Part shown: piece after piece, positions 1 through 12,873 of the stretch | Numbering within the stretch: the stretch's first letter is position 1 | How the letters are laid out: every line of letters begins with the position of its first letter | Origin: Guillardia theta CCMP2712 | Taxonomy: Eukaryota > Protista > Cryptophyta | DNA length: 64,000 nucleotides | NCBI RefSeq assembly: GCF_000315625.1 | Contig: NW_005434646.1 | Span: forward strand, 480,966 to 544,965 | Direction: 5' to 3' | The notes under the pieces: model-generated | What the model saw: only the letters and a program-made list of their open reading frames with translations | The model's database searches: none | Told to the model about the DNA's origin: nothing | Made by a program: the position numbers and the translations under genes

Positions 1-152
1 GGCCAGGGACGAACATGACGGGGAACGGGCCGATGTCGACAAGCTACCAGGATCTCATGTCAAGGCACGGGGGGGCAGGAGGAGGAGGAGGAGGAGGAGG
101 GCCAGGAACGAACATGACAGGGAACGGGCCGATGTCGACAAGTATGCAGGAT
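1..152 (+). repeat. Imperfect coding direct repeat with about 99-bp period (GTNMTGNGPMSTS[YM]QD) separated by poly-Gly
   Basis: ggccagggacgaacatgacggggaacgggccgatgtcgacaag at 1 recurs as ggccaggaacgaacatgacagggaacgggccgatgtcgacaag at about 99. Confidence 0.9.
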
Positions 153-3100
153 ATTAGTGGTTCCCCGCAATCTCCTGTTTTGTCAGGAGGTCCCAGAGAG
201 ACTGACATGTCTCAACTACAGCAGAAAATTGCAGCTATCATGCGTCGAAGTGACCTCACTCCCCAACAGCGGCAGCAGAAGATTCAAGACATTAGGAGTG
301 GGAAGGAGGAGACGGAGACAGAGGTCCCCTCAGTCAAGGTTGAGGAGCAGCCTGAAGATTTCCAAGTTGCTCCTCCAGCTCATGAAGATGTTCCTCGGCG
401 CCCCGTCGATGCTTTTCGCGCTGTTTTCCAGCCTGAAAGTGGGGGCATAGCAGCAGGCACTCGCCTTGTGCTGCCGTCTGAGCTGAAGAAAGGAGTCGTT
501 CGTCGTAAGGCAAAGAAGGACTGGGGGGAGTGCATGTTAACATTTGACAAGATCAAAGAGCCAGTGAGTTGGCTGAATTTGACCAACAACGGCTGCCAGC
601 CATGTCGTGACGGTGCCTTTGTAGGTGCGCGCGAAAGACGGACATGTCTACGAGAGATGGGCGATTGAGAAATGGTTGTGAGACGGGAGGATAAGGATTT
701 TTTTCATTGAAGCTGATTGGTGCAGGTTGGCTGAGAATAACAATCGATCACCCTTGACGAATGTCACCATCGATCCAACGCTTGTTCCGCTCACCGACGA
801 CGATGAGGGTGTTGGGGCTCGGCACGTGAACTCAGAAGTTGTTGAAAAGGCACCTTGTGATGCCCAGGCGCCTGAAGGCGAAGAAGCTGTAGTGGTGAAG
901 CGAAGCTCGAGGATCGACGAGGCAAAGCGTCGACTTGCTGAAGAGCGTGCGCACGTGATGCAGGAGCAAATGAGCAAGCAAAAGGAGGAGCAGAGTGAAG
1001 AGAGTAGGAAAGAAGAGGAGGTGGGTCAAGCTGCTTCGCTGGTAGCTACATGCTTGGCTGTGGGCTGAAGTCGATGGACAGGAAAGGATGGAGAAACTGA
1101 AGAAGCGTGGCTTCAAGGGGTACAGCCCTGGCATCAGCGAGAATTCTTTCCGTACCGCGAGCTCCCATTCAGCTGAGGCGGATGATGGGTGACCGGGGAC
1201 TGACTGAAGCTTGCTTCTCTGACAGTCTCGTAGGTCGGAAGAGATGGAATCCATCGCGGACCCGTTGGCTGCTTTTGAACTTCCCAACCAGATCCACCCT
1301 GAGAACCTCGTGGGGGTTCCCGGCGTCAGTGCTATAGCGGCCAAGAACGTCAAGAACGAACAAGAGAGTAAGCCCGCCCCTCAGGCTGACGCCAAGACGA
1401 CTGTGGCAGAGAGAGCTGCTGCCTTAGCGAGGAAGAAGGAGGACGAGGTCGATAAATGCGCGCCCATCCGGAGTTCTCTGAACTTCTTTCCTGCAGGCGA
1501 GGATTGAGCAGCTGGCAAAGGAGGACCGCGAGGCCTGGGGGGACAACATTCCGCCTCCCCAGCAAGTAATAGAAGAAGCCTTCCTCAACGCCTTGCCGCG
1601 AGCCGACGACCTCCTAGGAAACCTGGAGATCAGTGAGATCCAGAGATCGAAGAGTCCTGTGCACATCAACTTCGACTGCCTCGAGGAGATCACGATGAGC
1701 GGTCGAGTGGTAGACCTCGACCCCGGAGCGCTGCAGCTGCTCAAGGTTGTCAACGCGTTTGACTTGGCAGAGTCAAGTCAGGTAGAAAGCCGGACGTCCC
1801 GGAACTTGGACCAGAGCTCTGGCTCTGATAGTAGGAGGCCGGAGAGCGAGACCCTGCGACCGTTTGCACGCGTGGAGGCGAAGGAACTTCCTACCTTCAA
1901 GGAGCCAGTGTTCCATCAACCCACCAGCTGGCTGCTGGGATCCGTTCAGCACGTCAGCATCAACGAGGCCTGGGACTCGGTCAAGGATGAGATCACGAAT
2001 GCTCCGCGACCGCAGATGGAGAAGGAGGCCGTCGCTCCGTTCTCTGTGACAGATCCTGTCGTGATCAAGAGGCTGTCCGACACCCCGGGGTGGGGGGTGT
2101 ATGCGGCCAAGGAGAAGAAACAGCATGTGGAAGAGCAACAGAAGACCATGTTCTCTATGATGGGGTCTTGGTTTCATGGCGGGTTCACCAACGAGGACGA
2201 GGAGGTGGAGGTCAAGGAGGGGAGGGTGCAGGGGCCTTTGACGATGGTCCAGAACTGGATAGGATGGGAGTGGGCGAGAGAAAGTTCGACCCAGGCTGAC
2301 AACTTGGAAGCGATAGAGTCCGAGTCCGAGGGCGAGGAACTGGTCGACGACAGCCAGTCCTGCGAGAAGCCGGAGGAGCCTTCTACTATCATCGGGACCG
2401 CATCAGCTCTAAGACAGCTGGGCCTCAAGGGCAGTAGAGTCCGACGCGCGTACATCCCGCAGAAGCCGAGGACTACAGCGGAGAAGGAGCAGGAGCAAGG
2501 AGATGACGAGGAGAGCGTTCAGCTCGCCCCAAGCTTCAGCTCGCAGGAGGATGGAGGGAGCCAAGTTGCTAGCCAACAGCTGAGCGCAAACTTGATCCAT
2601 GAAATCTTTGCAGCGCAAGTGGAGAGCGGCAGTGAGAAGAACATCTTGTCGGCGGCGAGGATCGATGAGCTGTTCACGGAGTATGATCAGAGTGAAGTCA
2701 GAGGAGCGACTTCTCCGGACGGGCCCCCGTCAAGGGCGATGGACAGGGATGGCATCTTGAAAGCGTTCGACGAGGCAGCGGGCGGTGAGGAGGATGCTCC
2801 GTCTCATCCGCCGCAGCAATGCAGGAAGAATCGCTTCGAGGTGGAGAACATGGAGGACATAGTCAACAACGATCCCCTCCTGAAACAGCAGCAGGAGGAG
2901 CTGGAACGCCAGCAGGCAGCGCTGAGGGATGCAAGGGAGAGGGCCTTCATGGAGGAGGAGAACATCCGGAAGGAGGAGATGAGAGTAGCCGCTGCGCGGA
3001 AGCAAGAGAAGATCCGCCAGGAGATCCTCGAGGAAGAGAACCGGCAGAAGAAGTACATGATGGAGCTAGAAGCGAAGAGGAGGGAGCTCGAGCAGGAGCG

Positions 3101-5492
3101 TGAGAGTTTGCTGCGGCCTCAAGTCAACTCCTCGATGTTGAAGATGAAAGAAGCAGAGAGGGTTCCCCTCAGCTCTCAGCCCTCCAGGCAGCATGAGGAG
3201 GAGGCTTACCGGCTGCAGCTGCAGATGCAGGCGCAGAAGGAGGCTTTGGAGATGGAGCGGAGGAAGCTGGAGATCGAGCAGCAGCAGCAGAAGCTGGAGA
3301 TCGAGAGGGAGAGGATGAAGCTGGAGAAAGAGACTCTGAGGCGGAGGCAGAAGGAGAAAGAGGCTCAGCTGAAGCTGGAGAAGGAGAGGATGGAGAGAGA
3401 GAGCGAGCAGGCGCGGCTGCAGGCACAGAGCCAGTATTACGAACGCCCTCCCGCACCATCCATGGCTCCGAGCCGCCAGAACGAGTCGATCCAGCGATGG
3501 CTGGAGTCTTCGGTGCCTCCTTCTGTCAACGCTGGGTCGATTGCTCCGGGCAGGAAGAACCTTGATCAGCCGAGGCCGATCAGCATGCAGGACGTGCAGC
3601 TGTGGCTGCAGGACATCGGCATGTCCAAGTACGGGCGCATGTTCGCAGACAACGAGATCGATGGGGAGATGCTGCTGACGCTGACTGACAAGGACCTGGC
3701 GGAGATCGGAGTGCCAGCATGGACAGGAGACCGTCAGCGAATCCTCCTCTCAGTGCAGGCCCTCCTGGACCCCTCCCTGGCAACCGCCATCGACACGTCG
3801 GTCAGCAGCAGGAACTATGCAGCGTCCCTTCCGCCAGCTCCGTCGGTCTTCAGCGCAGCTAGATCGGCAATTCCTGCACAGGCTTCTCACTTCCCAGCTG
3901 ACGGGATCCAGACCCCCGTGGGCGAGTGGCTCGCAAGCATCGGCTTCGGGAGGTTCAAGACGCTCTTTGCGGAGAGCAACATCCATGAGCTCCGAGACCT
4001 GGCGCAGATGGAGGGACCAGACCTCCTCCAGCTCGGCATCCCTGAGGCTGGCGGCCAGCTGGGCAGGCTGCAGGCCTCTATTGCTGGCTTGCGTTACACC
4101 CTGCAGGCGGGAGGAGCGCAGGGCGGGGACGATCGATGGGAGACGGAGACGGTGTCGACGACGGCGACTTCCAAGTCGGGGAAGGGCAAGAGAGGGAAGA
4201 GCAAGGAGAGAAAGAAGGCCCTTCTGGACTTCTCGTTGATCGAGGAGTTTGTGGAAGTCTCAGACATCTCTGCGCAGCGTTGGAGCAAGGTCACGGCTCA
4301 CCTGGAGGCGAACGAGCTGAGGCTGTACAAGGGGCACAAGACGCCTGTCAAGGGGGACAAGCCCAAGACGCTGTTGAGGATGGACGGGCTGATCATAGAC
4401 GAGTCGGACAAGAAGGCCAACACAGTCTTCGTCGTCAAGAGTCTGTTCGCGAGCTCGACGGGAGACATTCTGATCGCTCTCAAGGACGCGGCAACCACGA
4501 AGCTGTGGAAGCAGAGGCTGCAAGGGGCCTCCTTCTTTCACAACATGCCCCGAGAGAAGCAGCTTGCTGGGCTGACCAAGAAGACGGTCAAGCCGGCCGA
4601 GGGGAAGTCCAGCCGCCCTCTCCAGGCCAACGTGGATCAGTTCGGCAATCGTATCTCCCAGGCTCCTGCGGTAGAGACCAGACAGGCTGCCGTGACGAAG
4701 CAGGTGGAGGCTTCGAGTCGCCGGATCAGCCAGGGGCCATCGGAAGACCGGTCCTCTTCTACCAAGGCTCCTTTCAACGGCCCTGTCAAATCCTTCACGA
4801 TCAAGAACTTGATAATCAGGAACGCTTCTCAGGTCTTCGACGACCCTGTCCTCGTTGTCAGGGTCTACGGACATGGCGGAAGTTTCAAGTTTCCCTTCGC
4901 CGACATCCCGCTCAAGGTCAGATACCTTCCCTCCTCCTGCTGCTCCTCTCGCCTCCCTCCGCTCGTCCTGACCTTGTCCGATGCAACAGCCGGCTGATGA
5001 TAAGGCCATCCTACGATTTGACATCGGAGCCAAGGTGAGACAGACCGGACGGACTTGGGCCTCTGACTCTCCGCCTTGTAGACGGCGATCCCTGACGACT
5101 ACGATTCCGTTGTCTTCTTCGAGCTCAAGAACAAGGTGCCCTTCCTTCCCTTCCTCTCTCTTCCTCGTTTCGTTACCTACTCCTTCCCTCTTCCCGCCAT
5201 TTCTCCATTCGCCTCCCCTGCGTTTTCTGCCTCCTCCCTCCTCCTCCTCCTCCCTCCTCCTCCTCCCTCCTCCTCCTCCTCCCTCCTCCTCCCTCTTGCC
5301 CTTCGGCAGCTCACGCCAAGTCAGGTCAAAGGGATGGGCCAGGCCACTAAGTACTGGACGTGCGTCTCCTTCAACCTCCTTCGGCAGGGAGCTCTGGAGC
5401 TTCCCATCTACAAGGCGCCGGTGGAGTACTGCCTGTCGAAGCAGAAGAGAGACGTCAAGGCGAACAGCTACCTCAACGTGCAAGTGCACTAG
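1..5492 (+). CDS. Multi-exon multidomain protein: U-box, coiled coil, two SAM domains, PH domain, C-terminal AIDA-type C2 domain; 5' end lies outside the window
   Basis: Splicing introns 564-624 and about 675-725 gives ECMLTFDKIKEPVRAKDGHVYERWAIEKWLAENNNRSPLTN (U-box). The large exon (ORF 1593-4997) has DVQLWLQDIGMSKYGRMFADNEIDGEMLLTLTDKDLAEIGV and VGEWLASIGFGRFKTLFAESNI (SAM), and RWSKVTAHLEANELRLYK...WKQRLQ (PH). The last exons give VVFFELKNK...LELPIYKAPVEY...SYLNVQVH* (AIDA-C2-like). Confidence 0.8.
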
Positions 5493-5757
5493 CACGAAGC
5501 AGCGGAGCTTGTTATCTAAACAGACTTGTCCATACCGTCGTCGTGCTGATCATGTACTCTAGTGTAAAAACCACACAGTTTTCATTGCAAAACACATCCC
5601 TATAACAATCCTCGCTCGCCTCTACTAGCAAATACAGATGCGTGCTGTTGCTGCTCAAAATTTCTCCATCTGCTCACTTCTCCCCCCATCACGTTGGAAT
5701 AATCATGAAACCCTCCACTCCGTCGCTTTACTTAACCCAGTCGACCAATCACAAGCA

Positions 5758-7048
5758 TCATGCAGCTTCTGCCCCATTCTCGTTGTTGATAAAACCTGTT
5801 CGATCTTCCTGAGTGCTTCGCTGTTGCGATCTCCTATCGTCTACTACAATGTTCCTCAACCTCCCTCGCTGACTGAAGCAGTACTGTCCCCAGGCAAACC
5901 CCAGCACAGCTCCGGCAAGGATGTCATCGAAGTTGTGCCAGTAGTCCATCGTGCGTGTTATGGCGATCCAGACGGCAAGAGCGAAGGGCACGAAGGAGAC
6001 GACTTGTCCCACTTGGTACTGTATCGGGCTCAGCAGCCGCTGCTGCCGCGCTTGACATTCCAGTTTGTCCAGAAGGTAGAGACCGAGAAATCCCAACCCC
6101 GCCATGGAGAAGGAGGCATGCCCTGAAGGAAACGACTGCCGCGAGTCCCACACCTTGAGCGTCGTCCCTGTGCAGTGACCTGCGGCTCCTCGATGCCCGG
6201 TCTGGTTGGCCACCCAGCCGCACATGGCGAAGAAACAGGGGCGCGGCCTCCCGGCGAACTTCTTGGCGATCGTGGTGGACATGAGAGTGAGGCTGACTGA
6301 CTGCGAGAGAGCGAGAAAGGAGACGCAGAAGTCTGACTTGTCAAGAGAGCTGGAGACGAAGAAGATGATGGCGATGGGAACGAAGTACGCAATGACAAAC
6401 AGAAGCGACTCGGGCACCTGCTGGTTCCCCACGGGGTAGCTCAAGGCCGGATCCCCTGCCAACACGATCCTCTCGTGAGGAGCGACGTAGAAGTTGACGA
6501 TTCCCGTGATGACGAAACATAGCAAAACCTGCGATAGAACGAATGAGCCATGAGGAGAAGCCGATTCAAAAAGACCCTACGAGAAATTTATCATCCACAC
6601 AAGTTTGTTCTACTCGATTTAAAGTTCACTGCTCTCCCTTCAGACACACAACTTAATCCACTCAAGTTCACTGCTCTCCCCAAGTTCACTGCTCTCCCTT
6701 CAGACCGCTTTTTCTTCATGACGTCCCCCTACCATGCAGTGCATTCAGATGAACCATCAAGACACAACCCTACTTCTCTCCTCCCCTTCTACATGATCCT
6801 TCCTCAATCCCATTCATCGACTACACCTCCTCGTTGACTGTCCTTCCTCAATCCCATTCATCGACTACACCTCCTCGTTGACTGTCCCTCAGCGTCAAAA
6901 TCCTCCCTTCCTCTTCCTCCTCCTCTGCCATCGCCGTCCTCTCCCCCTCTTGCTTCTTGTCTGCCATCATCACCTGGCTCCATTCCTTCGCCAGCGGCTT
7001 CGCCGCTTCCTTCATGACCTGCGCGATCCCCTGCTCCCCAACCAGCAT
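5758..7048 (-). CDS. PAP2-family lipid phosphate phosphatase (2 exons)
   Basis: Catalytic motifs KKFAGRPRP, SFPSGH and TRTMDYWHNFDD plus multiple TM helices. Exon 1 (7048-6974, MLVGEQ...KEWSQ) joins exon 2 (from 6528) via GT-AG intron 6973-6529. Confidence 0.92.
6622..6887. repeat. Intronic local duplications: 17-mer x3 and a perfect 44-bp tandem duplication
   Basis: aagttcactgctctccc at 6622, 6664 and 6682; 6797-6840 is repeated exactly at 6841-6884. Confidence 0.95.
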
Positions 7049-7935
7049 GATGGAGCCCCTGCCAGGAATGGGGTGGGTACTTCTAAATAAGGGGTAGGGG
7101 TAGAAAGATTCAAACGTTTCAGGACGCTCTCGGGGTTTTTGGTGGTGTTTGCAGTCTAGTATCGAGGGTAGGGGTACATTATGGCGGGAACCAGAGGGGT
7201 AGGGGGTGATTATGGAAACGGCGTTGCCAGGGTGGATGGGCCCAGGGGTATGAAAGCACGGACTCCCATCTTACGTGGTTACGAAAACACGTGAAGGTCC
7301 TGAGGCGGACCATGTTTGTTTGAGGACTTTTACAGGGTAGGGGTAGGGGTGTACTGGGGTGGGTTATAGGGCAGAGAAAATGGAGGGTGGAGATGAGCTG
7401 TGCGGGGGCAGAACAACAGCGGGTGGGGGTGGGTATGTGGCGGGGTGGTAGGTTGAGTATGGTGGAGAGAGGATGGAGGGAACGAGAATGCAGCCGAGGG
7501 GGAGGGGGAGAGAGATAGAAGTATGATCTAGAGAGAGTCGGATAAGAGGTGAGACAAGCTGCCAGAGCATCATTGAGGGAGGAGGACATCGAGAGAGGGG
7601 GGAGACGGAGGATAAAAGGTAGTCCTGGGGTTCCAGGGAAGCGGAAGCCGAGCAGGGGTGGAGAGTGAGGGAGGAAGGGAGAAAATGCAGTGTTGGAATC
7701 TCTCGATAATACAAGGAGTCGTGAAAATTTTGTGAACGCGGATGAATTGAATAGCACTGCTGAGATGTACGAATGGATTTTCCTCTGATGACGTCAGGGT
7801 TGAATTGAATCGAGCGATCAAAAGATGGATTGAACGATACATTCTTTCGCTATACCTTGGATAGTGCTTTTCTGAGCAAGCTACGTTCATCTTGCTCGTT
7901 CTCGTCGCTGTCGAGCAGTGGATTCTGCACCAACG

Positions 7936-10204
7936 ATGCCCCGCAAGAAAGAGAAAGTGCGGAACATCGTGAAGAAGATTGCACGAGACGCTAAAAACAC
8001 AATCGTGCATGTGAACCAACATATGCATGCAGCTGGCCATGAGCGGATAAACACCAATGATGACATTGAAGACCCGCAGGATTATGAGTCTGAGAACCTT
8101 CTACACACAGAGAGAATGCCCAAGGAAGAAGGCAAGGTGGAGGCTGACGACATGCGCAAAGATTATTCGTTGGGGAGTGCAAGTGACTTGGACAGAGGAA
8201 GGAACACAGCAAGCAGAGTGTCGGGGGGCGAGGAAGAAGAGGGGAACAACACAGCAGATCGCTCGTTGGACCAGGAAGCGATCATCATTGACACGAGTCT
8301 AGCAGCAAGATCTCAGTTCCATTTCAATGAGTTCGGCGACGAGGAGATCTTAGTCCAGATGTCGTCAGAAAAAGGCGGGAAAGACACTCAACTGGAGTCA
8401 TACGATGACGATGACGGCTTGGATTATTCAGCGACAAGGGGTCATGACGCCAAAATGTCAAGTTCCAACAACAAGAAAGGGAGTCACAAATTTATGAAGG
8501 TGAGTTTGAATCGTGGCTTGAACTGAATTATTCTGATTGCTTTGATTGGTATTAGGGGAAGAGACATGGATACGATCATCCGCAGTTTCAGATTGACGAC
8601 GAGGATGACGGGAATGACAACGATGACATCAGACTTGTAGAGATGAAGAACGAAAGCACTATGATAGAAGAGAACGGCACAACTCATCATGGTCATTCGC
8701 ACGGTACTTGGGTGATCCATCTGGTTGTTTTCTCACTTTTCTTGCTCTCCTTGTCATTTAGGTGTTGGCACTTCCAAGTGCAGCAATACAAGGGCTCTGA
8801 TCAATGTGCTCAAAGCATACGTTGGTTCTGGGGTGCTGGGCCTGCCGTACGCCTATTCTCAGGGAGGCATGATGGCTGCTTTCACTGGGATGACGTTGAT
8901 CTCCATTCTTTCAACCATTTGTGTTTTTATGTTATTAAGCTGTAAAAAGAAGTTGGGGGGGCGAACTCGTTCATTCGGGGACGTGGGATATGCGGCCTGC
9001 GGCAGGACTGGACACGTGCTGGTTGAATTCTGCGTTGTCTTGTCACAGATGGGTTTCTGCTGCGCATATCTGATCTTCGTCGGGGAGAACATGTACAAGT
9101 ATGTGAAACCATATGTGGTGAAGGAGGACAATGTAATTTGGGCGATCGTCCCTGGAATTTCTCTGCTGTGCTGGATCCCTTCGTTGGATATTTTGGCACC
9201 GTTCAGTTTGTTTGCAGTGCTGTTGATCTTCAGCGGGCTCATTACAGTTGCATGGAACTCGATGCCTTTGTTTGGAACCGGCCCAGATGTACAAGAATAC
9301 ATTCCCTCCACTATGCCGATATTTGTTGGGATGGCGATTTACGCGTTTGAAGGCATCGGCTTGGCGATTCCCATCGAGAATTCGATGAAACATCCCGAGT
9401 CTTTCCCCTTCGTCTGGGTGCTTGGAATGGTCATAGTGACTATCACTTATATCACATTTGGGGCTTTTTGCTACTCTTGCTACGGAGATGAAGTCCCTTC
9501 AATCATAACGATGGTCCTCCCCGACGACTTGGTGTCGTTCTTGGTCAAGCTTGGGCTCTGCATTGCCCTGCTCTTCACCTATCCCATCGCCATCTATCCC
9601 GTCTTCGAAATAGTTGAGGAGGGATGGTGCTGGAGGTTCTTGAGGGCTCCTCCTCCTGAGGTTCTCCCGGGGCATCACGCGGTCTCGTTACAGGTCAGTT
9701 GAGTGTGCTGGAAGAGGGAGAGACTGATATCTAGACGCCAACAGGAAGGAGTATCTGAAAATTCTTTCCTATGGAAACGAAGGCTGACAAGAGTCGTCCT
9801 CGTCATGATCACGGCGACAGCAGTGCGTGTGCTTCACTGCCGTTTCGATCGATGTTCACATTCCCGGCAGGCTGTTGTTATCCCAGACTTCTCGATCGTA
9901 ATGGCGTTCATCGGATCGGTCCCCTCCAACATCATGGTAGACCTTCCATCTCGTCTCCCTTCTCCTTCATTGCCCTGACGAGGACCCTCAAGGCGTTCGT
10001 CCTCCCGACCCTCTTCCACATCTTCGTCTTCTGGAAGTCCATGGGCTTCTGGGGCAGGTGAATGGGATAATTCCTGCCTGCAAGTTTGACCGTTGTTCAA
10101 GGTTGTTCGATGTCACGCTCTTCTCGTGCGGGATCTGCGCTGTTGTCATCTGCACCTGGACTTCCATGTTCGGAGTGAACAAGCCCGTCGGCCTGCCGCG
10201 GTAA
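7936..10204 (+). CDS. Amino acid transporter, AAAP/Aa_trans family (SLC36/AVT3-like), multi-exon
   Basis: NVLKAYVGSGVLGLPYAYSQGG, GMAIYAFEGIGLAIPIENSMKHP and LLFTYPIAIYP; long acidic N-terminus; last exon ends KPVGLPR*. Confidence 0.93.
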
Positions 10205-10484
10205 CTTTCAGCTGGACTGCCATGATTTGTGCTAGCCGCGAAGTAGCCACTCTACCTCTAGTAGATCATAGTACAACTTTGAAAGCATCGATTTCGTTTC
10301 TTCCAGCTGTTCTTCCAGCGTTTCTCTCGTAGGTTGGGAATGAGGGGGATGAGGACAAGGCGAATGGACTTGAAGGGGGGGTGAGGGTCATCACATCTGC
10401 CATCAGGAGACATACCCGTAGGTTTGCCTGCATCTCACAGTCAAAGACAACTTGGGGTGGGGTAGTGTTGGAGTGATTGGGGGC

Positions 10485-12769
10485 ATGGCGGCCTCCTGCT
10501 TGAAGCTATGGCTGCTGAGTGGTAAGATGAGCGAGAGAGGGAGGGAGGGAGCGGGAGGAAGGGAGAGGGAGGGAAACAGAGGGAGGGAGGGAGCGGGAAA
10601 GAGAGGTAGAGGGAGGGAAACAGAGGGAGGGAGAGAGGGAGGGGAGATGGAGAGACAGATGGATGGACGGAAGGACAGGGGAAGCGAAGGAGGATGCGAG
10701 GGAGGATGCGAGAGAGGGACGATGGAAGCGAGGCACTGAGGGACTGAGGGAAAGAAAGGGCGGGTGAAAACGACGGAGAGGGATCAACGTGTAGGGGAGG
10801 ATGATTCTGTTCCCCTGACTCTTTTCGTCAGGTCTTTGCCTGTCAGGCCTTGTGCATGCGTTCTTACCAAACTCTGCGCCGTTCCTGCATGGGAGGTCCT
10901 CGTTTGTGTCTCAGTCGCGAAGCAGACCCGCTGCACTCTCAGCATGGACCCTCCCGCTGCGAAAAATGTCAAGGGCTGGAATCATCGCCACCAAGATGGC
11001 TGATGATGCCATGATTCTGCGACTTGAGAACACAGCGCGTCAGTTCGAGGAGCTCACGAGCCAGGTGAGTGGTTGTTGTAAGGGGCGCCACACTGTGACC
11101 ACTTGGAATGTCAGCTCGGAGATCCCTCCCTCGCAAACGATCCTACCGAGCTCCTTCGCGTCACGAAGAAAAGAGCTTCGTTGGAAGATATTGTCACGTA
11201 AGTGATTATTGTCTTGTATGTGAATTGCACGAGCCTTGTATGTTGGAGTGATGAAACAAACTCGCCGGCGCTTGGATGAATTATCTTAGATAAGATGTTT
11301 AAAGCGAGACTCTTTGTTTCTGATCATAGACAAGACTTGTCTCAATTTCGTCAATGCCTGTGATGCTAATGTTCGTTAACCAACTCCCCTTTCAGCTGCT
11401 TCAATGATTGGAAGACGTCAAATGAAGAGCTCGAAGGCGCCAATCTTCTCTTTCAAGCAAGTTAATTCTGTTGCGGGCACGTCCCCTAATCCATTCCTTT
11501 AGGATGCGGGTGATGATCCTGAGCTGCGTGAAATGGCGAGGGAGGAAATCAAAACACTCGAAGCGGTCTTTACCATGCTGACGCCTAATGGAGGATGATC
11601 GGAGTTTGCAGAAAATCCAAGAGCTTGAGGAACAGCTCAAGGTGCTGATGTTGCCAAAGGATCCGAACGACGAACGTGATGTCATGGTGATCCGCTACTG
11701 CCCTTGTGTAGCTTTGCTAACAATGCCCACCAGCTCGAGATCCGAGCAGGAACAGGAGGAGATGAGGTTGGAACCGTGTCGGCTGCCTCGTGGTTGCTGA
11801 TCGCACCCTCCGTAGGCAGCTATCTGGGCGAGGGACTTGCTTGAGGTTTACACACGATATGCCAAGACACAGGTGAGTCCTGCTCAGAGCGTCGGGGATG
11901 CTGACTTGAGGCGCTTGCAGTCATGGACGACGTCAATGGTTGATGAGAGCGAGTCGACTTTCATCCTGCAAGTGAAGGGCGACAGCGTGTACAGCAAGCT
12001 CAAGTACGAGGCAGGAGTGCACAGGTGAAACGCAACCAGATCTGTGCCGAAGGCTCACAAGATACTCAGGGTGCAGAGAGTCCCAGCGACTGAGACGCAG
12101 GGGAGAGTTCACACATCAACGGCGACTGTTGCGATCATGCCGGAGGTCGACGAGGTCACTGTGAAGATTGATGCAAAGGACATCTCCCTCACCACTGCTC
12201 GCTCGAGGTGACACGGGGAGAGTGTTGGGCGGGTCTGAGCTGACGGGGGGGGGGGTGATCAGTGGAGCTGGAGGACAGAACGTGAACAAAGTGGAGAGTG
12301 CGGTAGATCTGGTTCACATCCCGACTGGGATTCGTGTTTTTTGCCAACAGGAAAGATCGCAGCTCAAGAACAAGTATGACTTCCCATGCTCCGTGCTGGG
12401 CTGATGAGTGTGTAGGGAGGTCGCGATGCAGATTCTGCGAAACAAGCTCTATGAGCTCCAGATGGAAGAGCAGATGTCTGAGATCTCCAAGCAGAGAAAG
12501 GATCAGGTCAGTGGCATCACTCTACCCCGCAAGGGCTCGTGTGCGAGCAGTCTGTTCCTCACACTGCCCAACAGGTCGGAACCGGATCCAGGAGCGAGAA
12601 GATCCGCACGTACAACTGGAAGGATGGCCGATGCTCGGACCACAGGTTGAACAAGAACTTTCCCCTCCAGCAGTTTCTCTCCGGCGATCTTGAGTCCATC
12701 ATCCAAGAGTGCATCTTCAAGGATCAGCAGCAGAAGCTCGCCGACATGGCCCAGGAGGTCACCGCATAA
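10485..12769 (+). CDS. prfA: Plastid-targeted peptide chain release factor 1 (bacterial-type RF1), many introns
   Basis: Spliced product has [48 protein letters not shown] (PxT motif), [15 protein letters not shown] (GGQ) and [10 protein letters not shown]-terminus [25 protein letters not shown] after removing intron 10522-10831. Confidence 0.95.
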
Positions 12770-12873
12770 CTTGAGTAAACAGCTTGCACCACCCCCCTTG
12801 TGTGGTACCCATGCATTTGATTACCCCTACCCCCTTTCCCCTTATGTAGACGGAAGGGCAGGCGACGGGATGA

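Noticed and set aside
4136-5562. Long overlapping or antisense ORFs (also 15925-16827, 27967-28782, 29196-29996, 50941-51888)
   Set aside because: Shadow frames of GC-rich real exons with no motifs
7070-7460. Interstitial telomere repeats
   Set aside because: GGGTAG words are dispersed with unique spacers, not tandem arrays
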